DNA of 40,713 bases from Azonexaceae bacterium (GTDB taxonomy: Bacteria; Pseudomonadota; Gammaproteobacteria; Burkholderiales; Rhodocyclaceae): NCBI GenBank assembly GCA_041307825.1, contig JBFZCS010000046.1, forward strand, positions 1 to 40,713. The letters run 5' to 3'. Position 1 is the first letter of the stretch. Every line of letters starts with the position of its first letter. Under the pieces are notes generated by a model. That model saw nothing but the letters and a program-made list of their open reading frames with translations. It did no database searches and had not been told where the DNA came from. Below are positions 8,533-17,139 of the stretch, piece after piece. Both the position numbers and the translations under genes were made by a program.

Positions 8533-8653
8533 TTGAGTGCTCCGTATAAGGGGAAGGTGATGAAGGGCTCAAGGTACAACAGGAAGGCCTGCGGCGCCAG
8601 TGGCGCGGCTTGATGCTGCAGCTGAATCCTGCCTGGAGGTCCGCTGCGACATG

Positions 8654-9481
8654 TCAGGCGGCTGCGCGGAGGCGGGCCTCGACCTGCAAGCGGGTGATGA
8701 GCGTCGGATCGGCTTGCGCTGGATACAGGCGACAATAGTGCGCCACGCCGTGGGCGTCGCCGATCGCGGCCTGCTCAAGTGCCGCGCGAGTCGCGGCGGA
8801 GAGCGGCAGCATCAGCAAGCGCGCGGCATGGCGCGCGAGAAAGGCGGATATCAGGGATCGGTCGCCGGCGAGGTCGAACGCATCGACCGCCAGCAGGCAT
8901 TCGGGAAAGGCGGCGGCCGGCAGGCCCCGCGCCTCGACAGGGGTGCGGGCGGGGACATCGAGATACTCGCCGCTGCCGTTGGTCGCGCGCCGGAACCAGC
9001 GCGTACAGTTGCCCGCACGCTGCACGCGTGCCTCGACCTCGCCTGCCTGAGGGTCGTCAGGCAGCGCCCGCCAACCGGAAACGGTGCGGCGTTCGGGCAA
9101 GGCGGCGGCCGCCGCGAGCAGTGCCACCGGGCGGGCGTCGGCGCAGCGCCAGCATTCGTAGTTATCGATCAGTGCAAAGGGCAGGTCGGCCTCATGCTCG
9201 GCAATGGCTGCCATCAGAAACTCGGCGGCGGCCGTCGCGTCGAATTCGGTGGCCGGTGAGTACGGGAATCTTGCCAGACCTTCGCTTTTCGACCAGACGG
9301 CATAGCGGGCGTAATCGAGCGCACCTTGCCGGTTGAGGCTGCCCCAGCCGGCCGGTCGCCGGGCCAGCAGTTGCAGTTCCCAGTTCCTGCCGTCGACGCT
9401 GAGTGCGCGGCCGGTGTCCGATTCGACGATCTGTTCGACGCCCCGGTACGGATTGAGTCGACGCCGCGCGTAGCGGCGCAA
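8654..9481 (-). CDS. Hypothetical protein, ~275 aa (RYARRRLNPYRGVEQIVE...SVDGRNWELQL)
   Basis: C-terminal part of track ORF 8654..9928. Start placed at TTG 9481 (or CTG 9493, which overlaps the upstream stop) because the longer version would overlap the 63-aa gene and plsB. Confidence 0.7.
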   Translation of the reverse strand: MRRYARRRLNPYRGVEQIVESDTGRALSVDGRNWELQLLARRPAGWGSLNRQGALDYARYAVWSKSEGLARFPYSPATEFDATAAAEFLMAAIAEHEADLPFALIDNYECWRCADARPVALLAAAAALPERRTVSGWRALPDDPQAGEVEARVQRAGNCTRWFRRATNGSGEYLDVPARTPVEARGLPAAAFPECLLAVDAFDLAGDRSLISAFLARHAARLLMLPLSAATRAALEQAAIGDAHGVAHYCRLYPAQADPTLITRLQVEARLRAAA

Positions 9482-9489
9482 GGCGGCGC

Positions 9490-9681
9490 TCAGGATGCCG
9501 CCGCCAGGCGGGAACGCAATTGCGTGATCAACTGTTCGGCGGATTCCTGCAATTCGGGATCGAGGACTTCGTACAGGTACTCGATTTCGTCCAGAAGCGT
9601 CTCGATTTCGCTCCGATCGGTCAGTTGCGTCAGACGTCCGGCAACTTGCTGCAGGTAGGCGTAGGGATTGATGCCAGGCAT
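9490..9681 (-). CDS. Hypothetical acidic helical protein, 63 aa (MPGINPYAYLQQVAGRL...LDEIEYLYEVLDPELQE)
   Basis: Strong GGAGGAG RBS before ATG 9681; first gene of the minus-strand cluster. Confidence 0.78.
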   Translation of the reverse strand: MPGINPYAYLQQVAGRLTQLTDRSEIETLLDEIEYLYEVLDPELQESAEQLITQLRSRLAAAS

Positions 9682-9885
9682 GGGTAACACTCCTCCGTTG
9701 GTCAGCAGACGGGATGACATCTTGCCGGTGGATTTGACCAGCTGCAAAAGATTGGTTCCGCTTCCGTTCAACAGCTCGCCGAAAATGACTAGAATCGCTA
9801 TGAAACGGCAACAAGTTGGTTGCGGATCGGTACAAGATGCTTCCGGCGCTACAGCGCGTATCTTGCTGCGTGTCCGGCATGAGAG

Positions 9886-12345
9886 GTGGTGAGGGGCTTG
9901 TCCAAGATTTCCAGCTGGTTTCTTCCATTGGCGCGGCGCGTGCTCTATTTCTGGGTACGCACGACTGTCTTTGCCGAGGCTGCGGCGGTCATCGATCCGG
10001 CGCGTCCGGTCTGCTACGTCCTGCACGACCGCCATCTGTCGAACCTGCTCGTTCTTTTCGAGGAATCGCGCCGCGCGGGATTGCCGGCGGCCGAGGCGCC
10101 ATTGGTTTTCGATGGCGTCAAGGCGGGGCGTTCGGTCTTCTTTCTGAACCGGCACCATAACGGCGGCACCCGCGAGGTTTCACGCCTGCTGGCGGCGGTG
10201 ACGGGAGCCGTGGTGGCCGACCCGGAGATCGACATCCAGCTGGTGCCAGTGGTAATTCTCTGGGGACGCAGCCCGGACAAGCAGGAATCCATCCTCAAGG
10301 CGCTGTTCGCCGAGACCTGGCGCAACCCGGGCGCGTTTCGCCAGGCGCTTGCCGTGCTGCTGCATGGCCGACAGACGCTGGTGCGTTTCAATGCGCCGCT
10401 CTCGCTGCGCGAACTGGTGCATGGCGGCACCGCGCCGCTCGGCGAGACGCAGGCCGCGCGCAAGGTATCGCGCATCCTGCGCGTGCATTTCCAGCGCCAG
10501 CGGCAAATGGCGATCGGCCCCGATCTTTCGCACCGCAATACGCAGATCGAAATGTTGCTGGCCAGCGATCCGGTGCGCACGGCGATCGCCGAAGAGTCGA
10601 CCAAACTGGGGATTTCCGCCGGCGAAGCCTATGGCAAGGCGAACAAGTTTGCGCTGGAGATCGCTTCCGATTATTCCTACGGTACGACGCGGGCGCTGGA
10701 GCTGTTCCTGACCTGGTTGCTGGAGCATCTCTACGACGGCATCGAGACGCATAATTTTGAAGCGCTGGCGCAGATCGCACCTGGCCAGGGCATCGTCTAT
10801 ATTCCCTGTCACCGCAGCCACGTCGACTACCTGCTGCTCTCCTACCTGATCCATCGCAACGGACTGACGCCGCCGCACATCGCCGCCGGCGTCAACCTCA
10901 ACATGCCGCTGGTCGGCTCGCTGCTGCGTCGCGGGGGCGCTTTCTTCCTGCGCCGCAGCTTCAAGGGCGAACCGCTGTACGCGGCGGTTTTCCACGAATA
11001 CCTGCACCTGATGCTGGCGCGCGGTTTTCCGATCGAGTATTTCATCGAGGGGGGGCGCAGCCGGACCGGCCGCACCCTGACGCCGAAGGCCGGCATTCTC
11101 GGCATGACCATCGCCAGTTACGTGCGCAGCCACGGCCGGCCTCTGGTCTTCGTGCCGGTGTATATCGGCTACGAGCGGCTGATCGAGGGGGCGACCTATG
11201 TGCGCGAGCTGGCTGGCCGTCCGAAGCAGCGGGAGTCGCTGTGGGACCTGCTGACCAGCGTCCGGAAAATCCGCCGCATCTATGGCCGGGTGCATGTCAA
11301 TTTCGGCGATCCGTTGCCGCTCTCGGGATTCCTTGACCACTATCGGCCCGATTGGCGCTCGGCGCGCGACGACGAGAATGGCGACTGGGTGCGTGGTGCC
11401 ACCCGCGAGGCGGCGATCACGCTGGCTACCCGGATCAACGATGCCGCCGTGGTCAACCCGGTCAGCCTGATCGCGCTGGCGCTGCTGGCGACACCGCGGT
11501 GTACCGCGGATCTCATCGGGCTGCGCCGGCTGATTGCGCACTTTCAGGCGCTCGATGCCGCAGCGCCTTACTCGCCGCGGCGCATTGCCTGCGACCTCGA
11601 TCCGGCGCAGGTGATCGCCCACGCCGAGCGGCTCGGCATCGTCGAACAGATTCCGCACCCGTTCGGCAACCTGGTGCGCGTGGTCGACGCGCAAGTGCAG
11701 CAGCTTGCCTACTTCCGCAACAACGTGCTGCACCTGTTTGCAGTGCCGGCGCTGATCGCCTGCCTGGTCGGCAACAATCGCAGCCTTGACGTGCAACGGC
11801 TGACCGATGCGGTCGTCGGTATTTACGGTGTGATGCGCTCGGCGCTATTCATGCGCTGGACGGAAGCGGAATTGCTGCATGAAATCCAGCACACCATCGC
11901 CGTCTTCGCCGAACGCGGTTTGCTGCGCCGCGCTGAACGCAGCGGCTGGCTGCTGGCACCGGAGACCAACAGCCAGGAGTTTCCCGAGTTGCACATGATC
12001 GGCGAAACGCTGCGGCCCCTGCTGGGCCGCCACTTCCTGGCGCTTGCCCTGTTGCAGCAGCGCGGCTCCGGCAAGTTGACGCGCGCCGTGCTGGAAAAGG
12101 ATTGCCAGTCGCTGGCGCAACGTCTGGCGCTGCTGCACGGTTTCGGCGAGGCCGAAACGGCCGACCGGTCCGATTTCGCCAATCTCGTTTCCAACCTGCT
12201 CGATGGCGAACTGCTGATGGAAGACGAAGAAGGCCTGCTGCGCTTCGATCAGCGCCTGCTGGGGCCGCTTACCCATGTCGAACTGGTATTGCCGGCCGAT
12301 GTCCGGCAATCGATCCGGCGGGTCGCCGAACAACCCTCTGCTTGA
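9886..12345 (+). CDS. plsB: Glycerol-3-phosphate 1-O-acyltransferase PlsB
   Basis: 819 aa; HRSHVD (HxxxxD), GAFFLRRSF, FIEGGRSRTG, VPVYIGYE and IGPDLSHR motifs. Confidence 0.95.
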   Translation: MVRGLSKISSWFLPLARRVLYFWVRTTVFAEAAAVIDPARPVCYVLHDRHLSNLLVLFEESRRAGLPAAEAPLVFDGVKAGRSVFFLNRHHNGGTREVSRLLAAVTGAVVADPEIDIQLVPVVILWGRSPDKQESILKALFAETWRNPGAFRQALAVLLHGRQTLVRFNAPLSLRELVHGGTAPLGETQAARKVSRILRVHFQRQRQMAIGPDLSHRNTQIEMLLASDPVRTAIAEESTKLGISAGEAYGKANKFALEIASDYSYGTTRALELFLTWLLEHLYDGIETHNFEALAQIAPGQGIVYIPCHRSHVDYLLLSYLIHRNGLTPPHIAAGVNLNMPLVGSLLRRGGAFFLRRSFKGEPLYAAVFHEYLHLMLARGFPIEYFIEGGRSRTGRTLTPKAGILGMTIASYVRSHGRPLVFVPVYIGYERLIEGATYVRELAGRPKQRESLWDLLTSVRKIRRIYGRVHVNFGDPLPLSGFLDHYRPDWRSARDDENGDWVRGATREAAITLATRINDAAVVNPVSLIALALLATPRCTADLIGLRRLIAHFQALDAAAPYSPRRIACDLDPAQVIAHAERLGIVEQIPHPFGNLVRVVDAQVQQLAYFRNNVLHLFAVPALIACLVGNNRSLDVQRLTDAVVGIYGVMRSALFMRWTEAELLHEIQHTIAVFAERGLLRRAERSGWLLAPETNSQEFPELHMIGETLRPLLGRHFLALALLQQRGSGKLTRAVLEKDCQSLAQRLALLHGFGEAETADRSDFANLVSNLLDGELLMEDEEGLLRFDQRLLGPLTHVELVLPADVRQSIRRVAEQPSA

Positions 12346-12403
12346 GCGCTGTCGCTGTCGACCGGCTATTCAGGCCAAAAACCGCGGGTCGGGCGGGGGC
12401 GGT

Positions 12404-12787
12404 TCATTTGGCCTCATCAACCATCAGAATGGTCTTTTCCTCGACTTCCTTGGCAACTTGAAGCAGCGTCGCATCCCCGGAGAGCGTCGCTAGCATTGGC
12501 GCCGGCTTGATCAGCCCGATCTTCGTCTTGCCATTTTCCGTGAATACCGAGATACGGCACGGTAGCGCCATGTTCAGGCGCATATCGGTTGCCAGAACCC
12601 TTGCCGCCTGCAGCGGATTACAAACTTCAAAAACCTTGCACTGCTCTTCGAAGGCAACGCCTTTGCTGCGCAGCGTGTTTCCCAGGTCGTGGACATGCAA
12701 TACCCCGAAGCCGTGATTCTTCACCGCCGATTCAAGGTCGGCCGCCGCCAGGTCGAATGTCTTTGCGGTTTCAACTATGTAATACAT
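12404..12787 (-). CDS. DUF302 domain protein
   Basis: GFGVLHVHDL...VFEVCNP...ALPCRISV; GAGGTG RBS. Confidence 0.88.
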   Translation of the reverse strand: MYYIVETAKTFDLAAADLESAVKNHGFGVLHVHDLGNTLRSKGVAFEEQCKVFEVCNPLQAARVLATDMRLNMALPCRISVFTENGKTKIGLIKPAPMLATLSGDATLLQVAKEVEEKTILMVDEAK

Positions 12788-12873
12788 GGATCACCTCATG
12801 GCTTTGATTGGTAAATTGTTCCTGCCGACGTTCATTATGCGCCGGCATTGCATTGTCTTGTGCGAATCGCCGG

Positions 12874-13509
12874 TCAGCCGAGCAGCTTGCGCTGGTCGAG
12901 AAATTTTTCGAGGATTTCGAGACGGGAAATCGGATCCTCGAGTTCCAGCAGCTTCTGCTTGGCCAGGTTCTGCACCGGCAGGATTTCCGTGATCCGGAAG
13001 CCGACCCATTCCGCATCGTCGAAGCGGTGCGGTTCGGGGATGCGGCTCGGACCCATGTCGCCGGCGATCCGGCGCAACAGTGGCAGCAGGCGCTGACGTT
13101 CAAGGGGAACCGGCAGCGGGCCGTCGTCGTTGATGATCTCGACCGTGGCGCGCAGCAGGTTGTTCGCGCCGAGCGTTTTTTCGAGGATGCGGAAGCGTAG
13201 TTCGCCGCGCACGGTCAACTGCAGGATGCCGAGTTGCTCCATTTCCCAGTCGGTGATGCGCGCCAGCGTCCCGACCGGGTGCGGTTCCGCGCTGCGGCCC
13301 GCTTCCTCGCCGGCGGCGATCAGGCAGATGCCGAAGGCGCAGGCTTCTTTCATGCAGGCGGCCGCCATGTCGAAATAACGCTGCTCGAAGATCCTGAGCG
13401 GCAACACGCCACCGGGGAAAAGCACGGTATTGAGCGGAAAAAGCGGGATTTCCAGACGCAGCGGCGGCTCGTCTTCCGGCGGCTGGGTAAAGCCGAGCCA
13501 GCTCATCAT
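12874..13509 (-). CDS. LON peptidase substrate-binding (N-terminal) domain protein
   Basis: [41 protein letters not shown]. Confidence 0.9.
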   Translation of the reverse strand: MMSWLGFTQPPEDEPPLRLEIPLFPLNTVLFPGGVLPLRIFEQRYFDMAAACMKEACAFGICLIAAGEEAGRSAEPHPVGTLARITDWEMEQLGILQLTVRGELRFRILEKTLGANNLLRATVEIINDDGPLPVPLERQRLLPLLRRIAGDMGPSRIPEPHRFDDAEWVGFRITEILPVQNLAKQKLLELEDPISRLEILEKFLDQRKLLG

Positions 13510-14165
13510 TGGCCCCAGCGCTGCATCAGGGTATGCGGCACGGTGAGCTGGTCGAGGACGCGGGCGACGACGAAGTCGACAAGGTCGGCGACCGTCTGCG
13601 GATGGTGGTAGAAGCCGGGGCTTGGCGGCAGGATGATGGCGCCGGCGCGCGCCAGGCGCAGCATGTTGTCGAGGTGAATCGCCGAAAACGGCGTTTCACG
13701 TGGAACCAGCACCAGCTTGCGGCCCTCCTTGAGCACGACGTCGGCGGCGCGCTCGATCAGGTTATCGGCCAGCCCCTGGGCGATGGCGGCCAGGGTGCCC
13801 ATCGAACAGGGGCAGACGACCATCGCGTCAGGCGGGTTGGAACCTGAGGCGACCGGGGCGAACCATTCCTCGCGCCCGAAAACGGCCAGTTTTTCGGGGT
13901 CGACCGCTGGGCCAGCCTTTGATTCCATGGTCGCGCCCCGAAGGAAGTCCCCTTGGGGGACAGCAAGGCGGGCGAGCAAGGCGGTTTTGGCCTCGGCCGG
14001 GCGCGACGGCAGTTCCAGATCCATTTCCTGGCGGGCGACGATTTGCGCCGCCTGCGAATAGAGCAGCTGCACTTTGCAGCCGGCGGTCAGCAGGCATTCC
14101 AGCAGGCGCAGGCCATAGGGCATGCCGGAAGCGCCGGTAAAAGCGAGGCAGATCGTCTTGTTCAT
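13506..14165 (-). CDS. ubiX: Flavin prenyltransferase UbiX
   Basis: [46 protein letters not shown]; carries an apparent ~18-aa insertion. Confidence 0.95.
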   Translation of the reverse strand: MNKTICLAFTGASGMPYGLRLLECLLTAGCKVQLLYSQAAQIVARQEMDLELPSRPAEAKTALLARLAVPQGDFLRGATMESKAGPAVDPEKLAVFGREEWFAPVASGSNPPDAMVVCPCSMGTLAAIAQGLADNLIERAADVVLKEGRKLVLVPRETPFSAIHLDNMLRLARAGAIILPPSPGFYHHPQTVADLVDFVVARVLDQLTVPHTLMQRWGQ

Positions 14166-14695
14166 CGGGCAGGTTCCGCAACAGGGGTTTCTGCCAGCAG
14201 TTTAGCCGCGATCAGCCCGTTGAGGGTGCCGAATGCCAGCGCCGCGGCGGCGAAGATCGGCGTCAGCAGGAACACCCCGTCATGCGGGATCAGCCACAGG
14301 CGGGCGAGCAGCAACTGGCCGCCGATGTGGGCGAAGGCGGCGAGGATGCTGAGGCTGACCGGGCCGAACCAGCGCGCCGGCAGGTGGCGGGCGAGGCCGA
14401 GTGTGGCCAGGCTGAGCGTGGTGCCGGTGAGCGACAGGAAGAAGCCAGGGGCGAGGAAGTAGCCGAGCAGCAGGCTGCCGGCCAGCACCCGCAGGCCGCT
14501 GACCCAGACTGCGGTGCCCCAGCCGTAACGCATCAGCACGACAAGCGTGACGATGTTGGCAAGGCCGGGCTTGACGCCAGGCAGCGGGCTGGGAATCGCC
14601 GCGTCGACCAGCGACAGCGCGACCGCCGCCGTGGCCAGCCAGGCGACGCGGCGGTCTTCGGCGGTGACGGTGAGTTCAGTAACTGAGGCTGTCAT
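14162..14695 (-). CDS. Gx transporter family protein (heptaprenyl diphosphate synthase component I-like)
   Basis: [10 protein letters not shown] start; [27 protein letters not shown]; multi-pass membrane protein. Confidence 0.85.
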   Translation of the reverse strand: MTASVTELTVTAEDRRVAWLATAAVALSLVDAAIPSPLPGVKPGLANIVTLVVLMRYGWGTAVWVSGLRVLAGSLLLGYFLAPGFFLSLTGTTLSLATLGLARHLPARWFGPVSLSILAAFAHIGGQLLLARLWLIPHDGVFLLTPIFAAAALAFGTLNGLIAAKLLAETPVAEPAR

Positions 14696-15050
14696 AGGCC
14701 TTGGTGCGCCCGGCGATCTGCACGCTGACGCGATTGGGCGCGCAGATGGCGATCTCGCCAGGGCGCGCCAGCCAGCCCTGGCGCACACAATACTGGCGCG
14801 GCCCGGGGTCGGCGACGACGCGGGCGCGCCCCGGCTCAATGGTGATTTGCGTCGTGCCCAGCGGCCCTGGCACCTCGAAGTCGCGGCGGCTGTGCAGGTC
14901 GGCCTCGGCGAAGACCTGGCCGTTCTGGCGGATGATGGCGCGGTCGGCGAAACCGCCCTGCCAGAGCAGGGGCAGGCTGATGCCGACCAGTGCGGCGCCG
15001 CCGGCCATCACCAGCCAGTCGCCGGGGCGCAGCAGGGCGAGCCAGCGCAT
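14676..15050 (-). CDS. NusG domain II-containing (DUF1312-like) membrane-anchored protein
   Basis: N-terminal TM segment, then VPGPLG...DPGPRQYCVRQGWL...AICAPNRV; ATG overlaps the rapZ stop. Confidence 0.85.
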   Translation of the reverse strand: MRWLALLRPGDWLVMAGGAALVGISLPLLWQGGFADRAIIRQNGQVFAEADLHSRRDFEVPGPLGTTQITIEPGRARVVADPGPRQYCVRQGWLARPGEIAICAPNRVSVQIAGRTKAYDSLSY

Positions 15051-15895
15051 CAGCCGCCGGCCAGCGTGCGGTGGCGGATCAGGACGCGTGCCTTGCCGGA
15101 GAACTCGCGACCCAGCCATTCGGCCAGGTAAACGGAACGGTGCTGGCCGCCGGTGCAGCCGATGGCCACCGTCAGGTAGTTGCGGTTGTCGCGGATATAG
15201 GCCGGCAGCCAGGTGGCGATGAAACGGCTGATGTCGTCGCGCATGCGGATGACTTCCGCTTCCGCTTCGAGGAAATCGATGACCGGCCGGTCCTTGCCGG
15301 TCAGCGGGCGTAGTTCGGGATCGTAGTGCGGGTTGGGCAGGCAGCGGACGTCGAAGACGAGATCGGCGTCGAGCGGAATGCCGTGCTTGAATCCGAAGGA
15401 CTCGAACATCAGGGTCAGGCCCTGGCCCGGCTCGGCGTCGATGAACTGGCGCACCCATTCGCGCAGTGCATTGGCCTTGAGGCCGCTGGTGTCGATGCGG
15501 TGCCCCAGCGTCGAGATCGGCGCCAGCAGTTCGCGCTCGGTGCAGATCGCTTCTTCCAGTGACTGGCCATCGGCGGCCAGCGGGTGGCGCCGGCGCGATT
15601 CGGAATAGCGTTTGAGCAGGGTCTCGTCGTCGGCATGAAGGAAGAGGAAAATCTGGCGCGTGCCTTCCTCGCCGAGCAGGCGCAGTTTTTCCGGCAGCAG
15701 TTCGATGCCGTGGCCTGAACGGGCGTCAATTGCGACCGCCACCTTGCGGATTTTCTCCTCCTTGAGCATGCGCACAAGAACCGTGAGCATGATTACCGGA
15801 AGATTGTCCACGCAGTAATAGCCCGCATCCTCGAGGAGGTGCAGGGCGACCGACTTGCCCGAGCCGGAGAGGCCGCTGATGAGAACCAGTTCCAT
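15050..15895 (-). CDS. rapZ: RNase adapter RapZ (YhbJ) P-loop protein
   Basis: ISGLSGSGKS, CVDNLP, SFGFKHG, FDVRCLPNPH, IGCTGGQHRSV. Confidence 0.95.
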   Translation of the reverse strand: MELVLISGLSGSGKSVALHLLEDAGYYCVDNLPVIMLTVLVRMLKEEKIRKVAVAIDARSGHGIELLPEKLRLLGEEGTRQIFLFLHADDETLLKRYSESRRRHPLAADGQSLEEAICTERELLAPISTLGHRIDTSGLKANALREWVRQFIDAEPGQGLTLMFESFGFKHGIPLDADLVFDVRCLPNPHYDPELRPLTGKDRPVIDFLEAEAEVIRMRDDISRFIATWLPAYIRDNRNYLTVAIGCTGGQHRSVYLAEWLGREFSGKARVLIRHRTLAGG

Positions 15896-15966
15896 CAGGC
15901 GGAGCATAATGAAGGCGGCGCTGGCAAGCAACCCGCGGCATAATAGCCATCAACGAGGAGACGATC

Positions 15967-17139
15967 ATGCCCCCGACCATTCACCTTCCCGAACTGCCGT
16001 TTCTTGCCGAACTGACGACGCTCCGCCGCGACATTCACGCGCATCCGGAACTGGCCTTCAACGAGAATCGTACGGCTGAAGTGGTTGCCCGTGAGCTCGA
16101 GCGCTACGGCCTGGAGGTGCATCGCGGCATAGCCCGGACCGGGGTCGTCGGCATTCTGCGCGCCGGAACATCGTCGCGCATGATCGGTCTGCGCGCCGAC
16201 ATGGATGCCTTGCCGCTCGCCGAAATGAACGAGTTTCCGCACCACTCCCGCCACCCCGGAAAGATGCACGCCTGCGGTCATGACGGCCATACCGCGATGC
16301 TGCTGGGGGCGGCGCGCCATCTCGCCGCGCATCCGGATTTCTCCGGCGTCGTCGCCTTCATTTTCCAGCCGGCCGAGGAATCCGAGGCCGGCGCGGCAGT
16401 GATGATCGAGGACGGACTGTTCGAGCGCTTCCCGGTCGAGGCGGTGTTCGGCCTGCACAACTGGCCGGGCGTTCCGGTCGGCGAGATGGTGGTGATGCCG
16501 GGGCCGGTCATGGCCGGCACCTGCGCATTCGAGATCACGGTGCGCGGCCATGGCTGCCATGCAGCGATGCCGCATCAGGGGGTCGATTCGATCGTCGCCG
16601 GGGCGCAACTGGTACAGGCCCTGCAGACCGTGGTCAGCCGCACGCTGCATCCCTGCGATTCGGCGGTGGTCAGCGTCACCCAGTTTCATGGCGGCGAGGC
16701 GTGGAACATCATTCCCGAGGAGGTGGTCCTGCGCGGCACCATCCGCAGTTTCAAGCCCGAGGTTCAGGAAGCAGTCGAGCGTGCCGTTGAGCGTCTGTGC
16801 AACGGCGTCGCTGCGGCAAACGGGGCACAGATCGGCGTGCATTTCGACCATCGCTACCCGCCGACGGTCAACAGCGCGGCGGAGGCGGAATTCTGCCGCA
16901 GTGTTGCAGCCGAGGTTCTCGGAAGCGAGCGAGTGCTCACCGACATGCTGCCATCGATGGGCGCCGAGGATTTTGCCTACATGTTGCGCGAAAAGCCGGG
17001 TTGCTACGTCTGGCTCGGCAACGGCCCGGGTACCGGCGGCTGCACGCTGCACAATCCGCATTATGATTTCAACGATGAAATCCTGGCGCCCGGCATCGCC
17101 TATTGGACCAGGCTGGTCCAGCGCGCGCTACCTCCCTAA
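15967..17139 (+). CDS. M20 aminoacylase family amidohydrolase (hippurate hydrolase-like)
   Basis: HAHPELAF, LRADMDALP, MHACGHDGH, FQPAEE, GAEDF, LHNPHYDFND; GAGGAG RBS. Confidence 0.94.
   Translation: MPPTIHLPELPFLAELTTLRRDIHAHPELAFNENRTAEVVARELERYGLEVHRGIARTGVVGILRAGTSSRMIGLRADMDALPLAEMNEFPHHSRHPGKMHACGHDGHTAMLLGAARHLAAHPDFSGVVAFIFQPAEESEAGAAVMIEDGLFERFPVEAVFGLHNWPGVPVGEMVVMPGPVMAGTCAFEITVRGHGCHAAMPHQGVDSIVAGAQLVQALQTVVSRTLHPCDSAVVSVTQFHGGEAWNIIPEEVVLRGTIRSFKPEVQEAVERAVERLCNGVAAANGAQIGVHFDHRYPPTVNSAAEAEFCRSVAAEVLGSERVLTDMLPSMGAEDFAYMLREKPGCYVWLGNGPGTGGCTLHNPHYDFNDEILAPGIAYWTRLVQRALPP

Noticed and set aside
9734-9747. Weak FNR-like box TTGAC-CAGC-TGCAA
   Set aside because: Three mismatches to consensus and no clear -10 at the right distance
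9741-9760. Sigma-54-like GG...TTGC upstream of the DsrS cluster (minus strand CGGAACCAATCTTTTGCAGC)
   Set aside because: GG-to-GC spacing is 12 nt rather than the required 10
9482-9928. N-terminal 149 aa of track ORF 8654..9928
   Set aside because: Overlaps the RBS-supported 63-aa gene, the intergenic region and the plsB start; sequence looks non-coding
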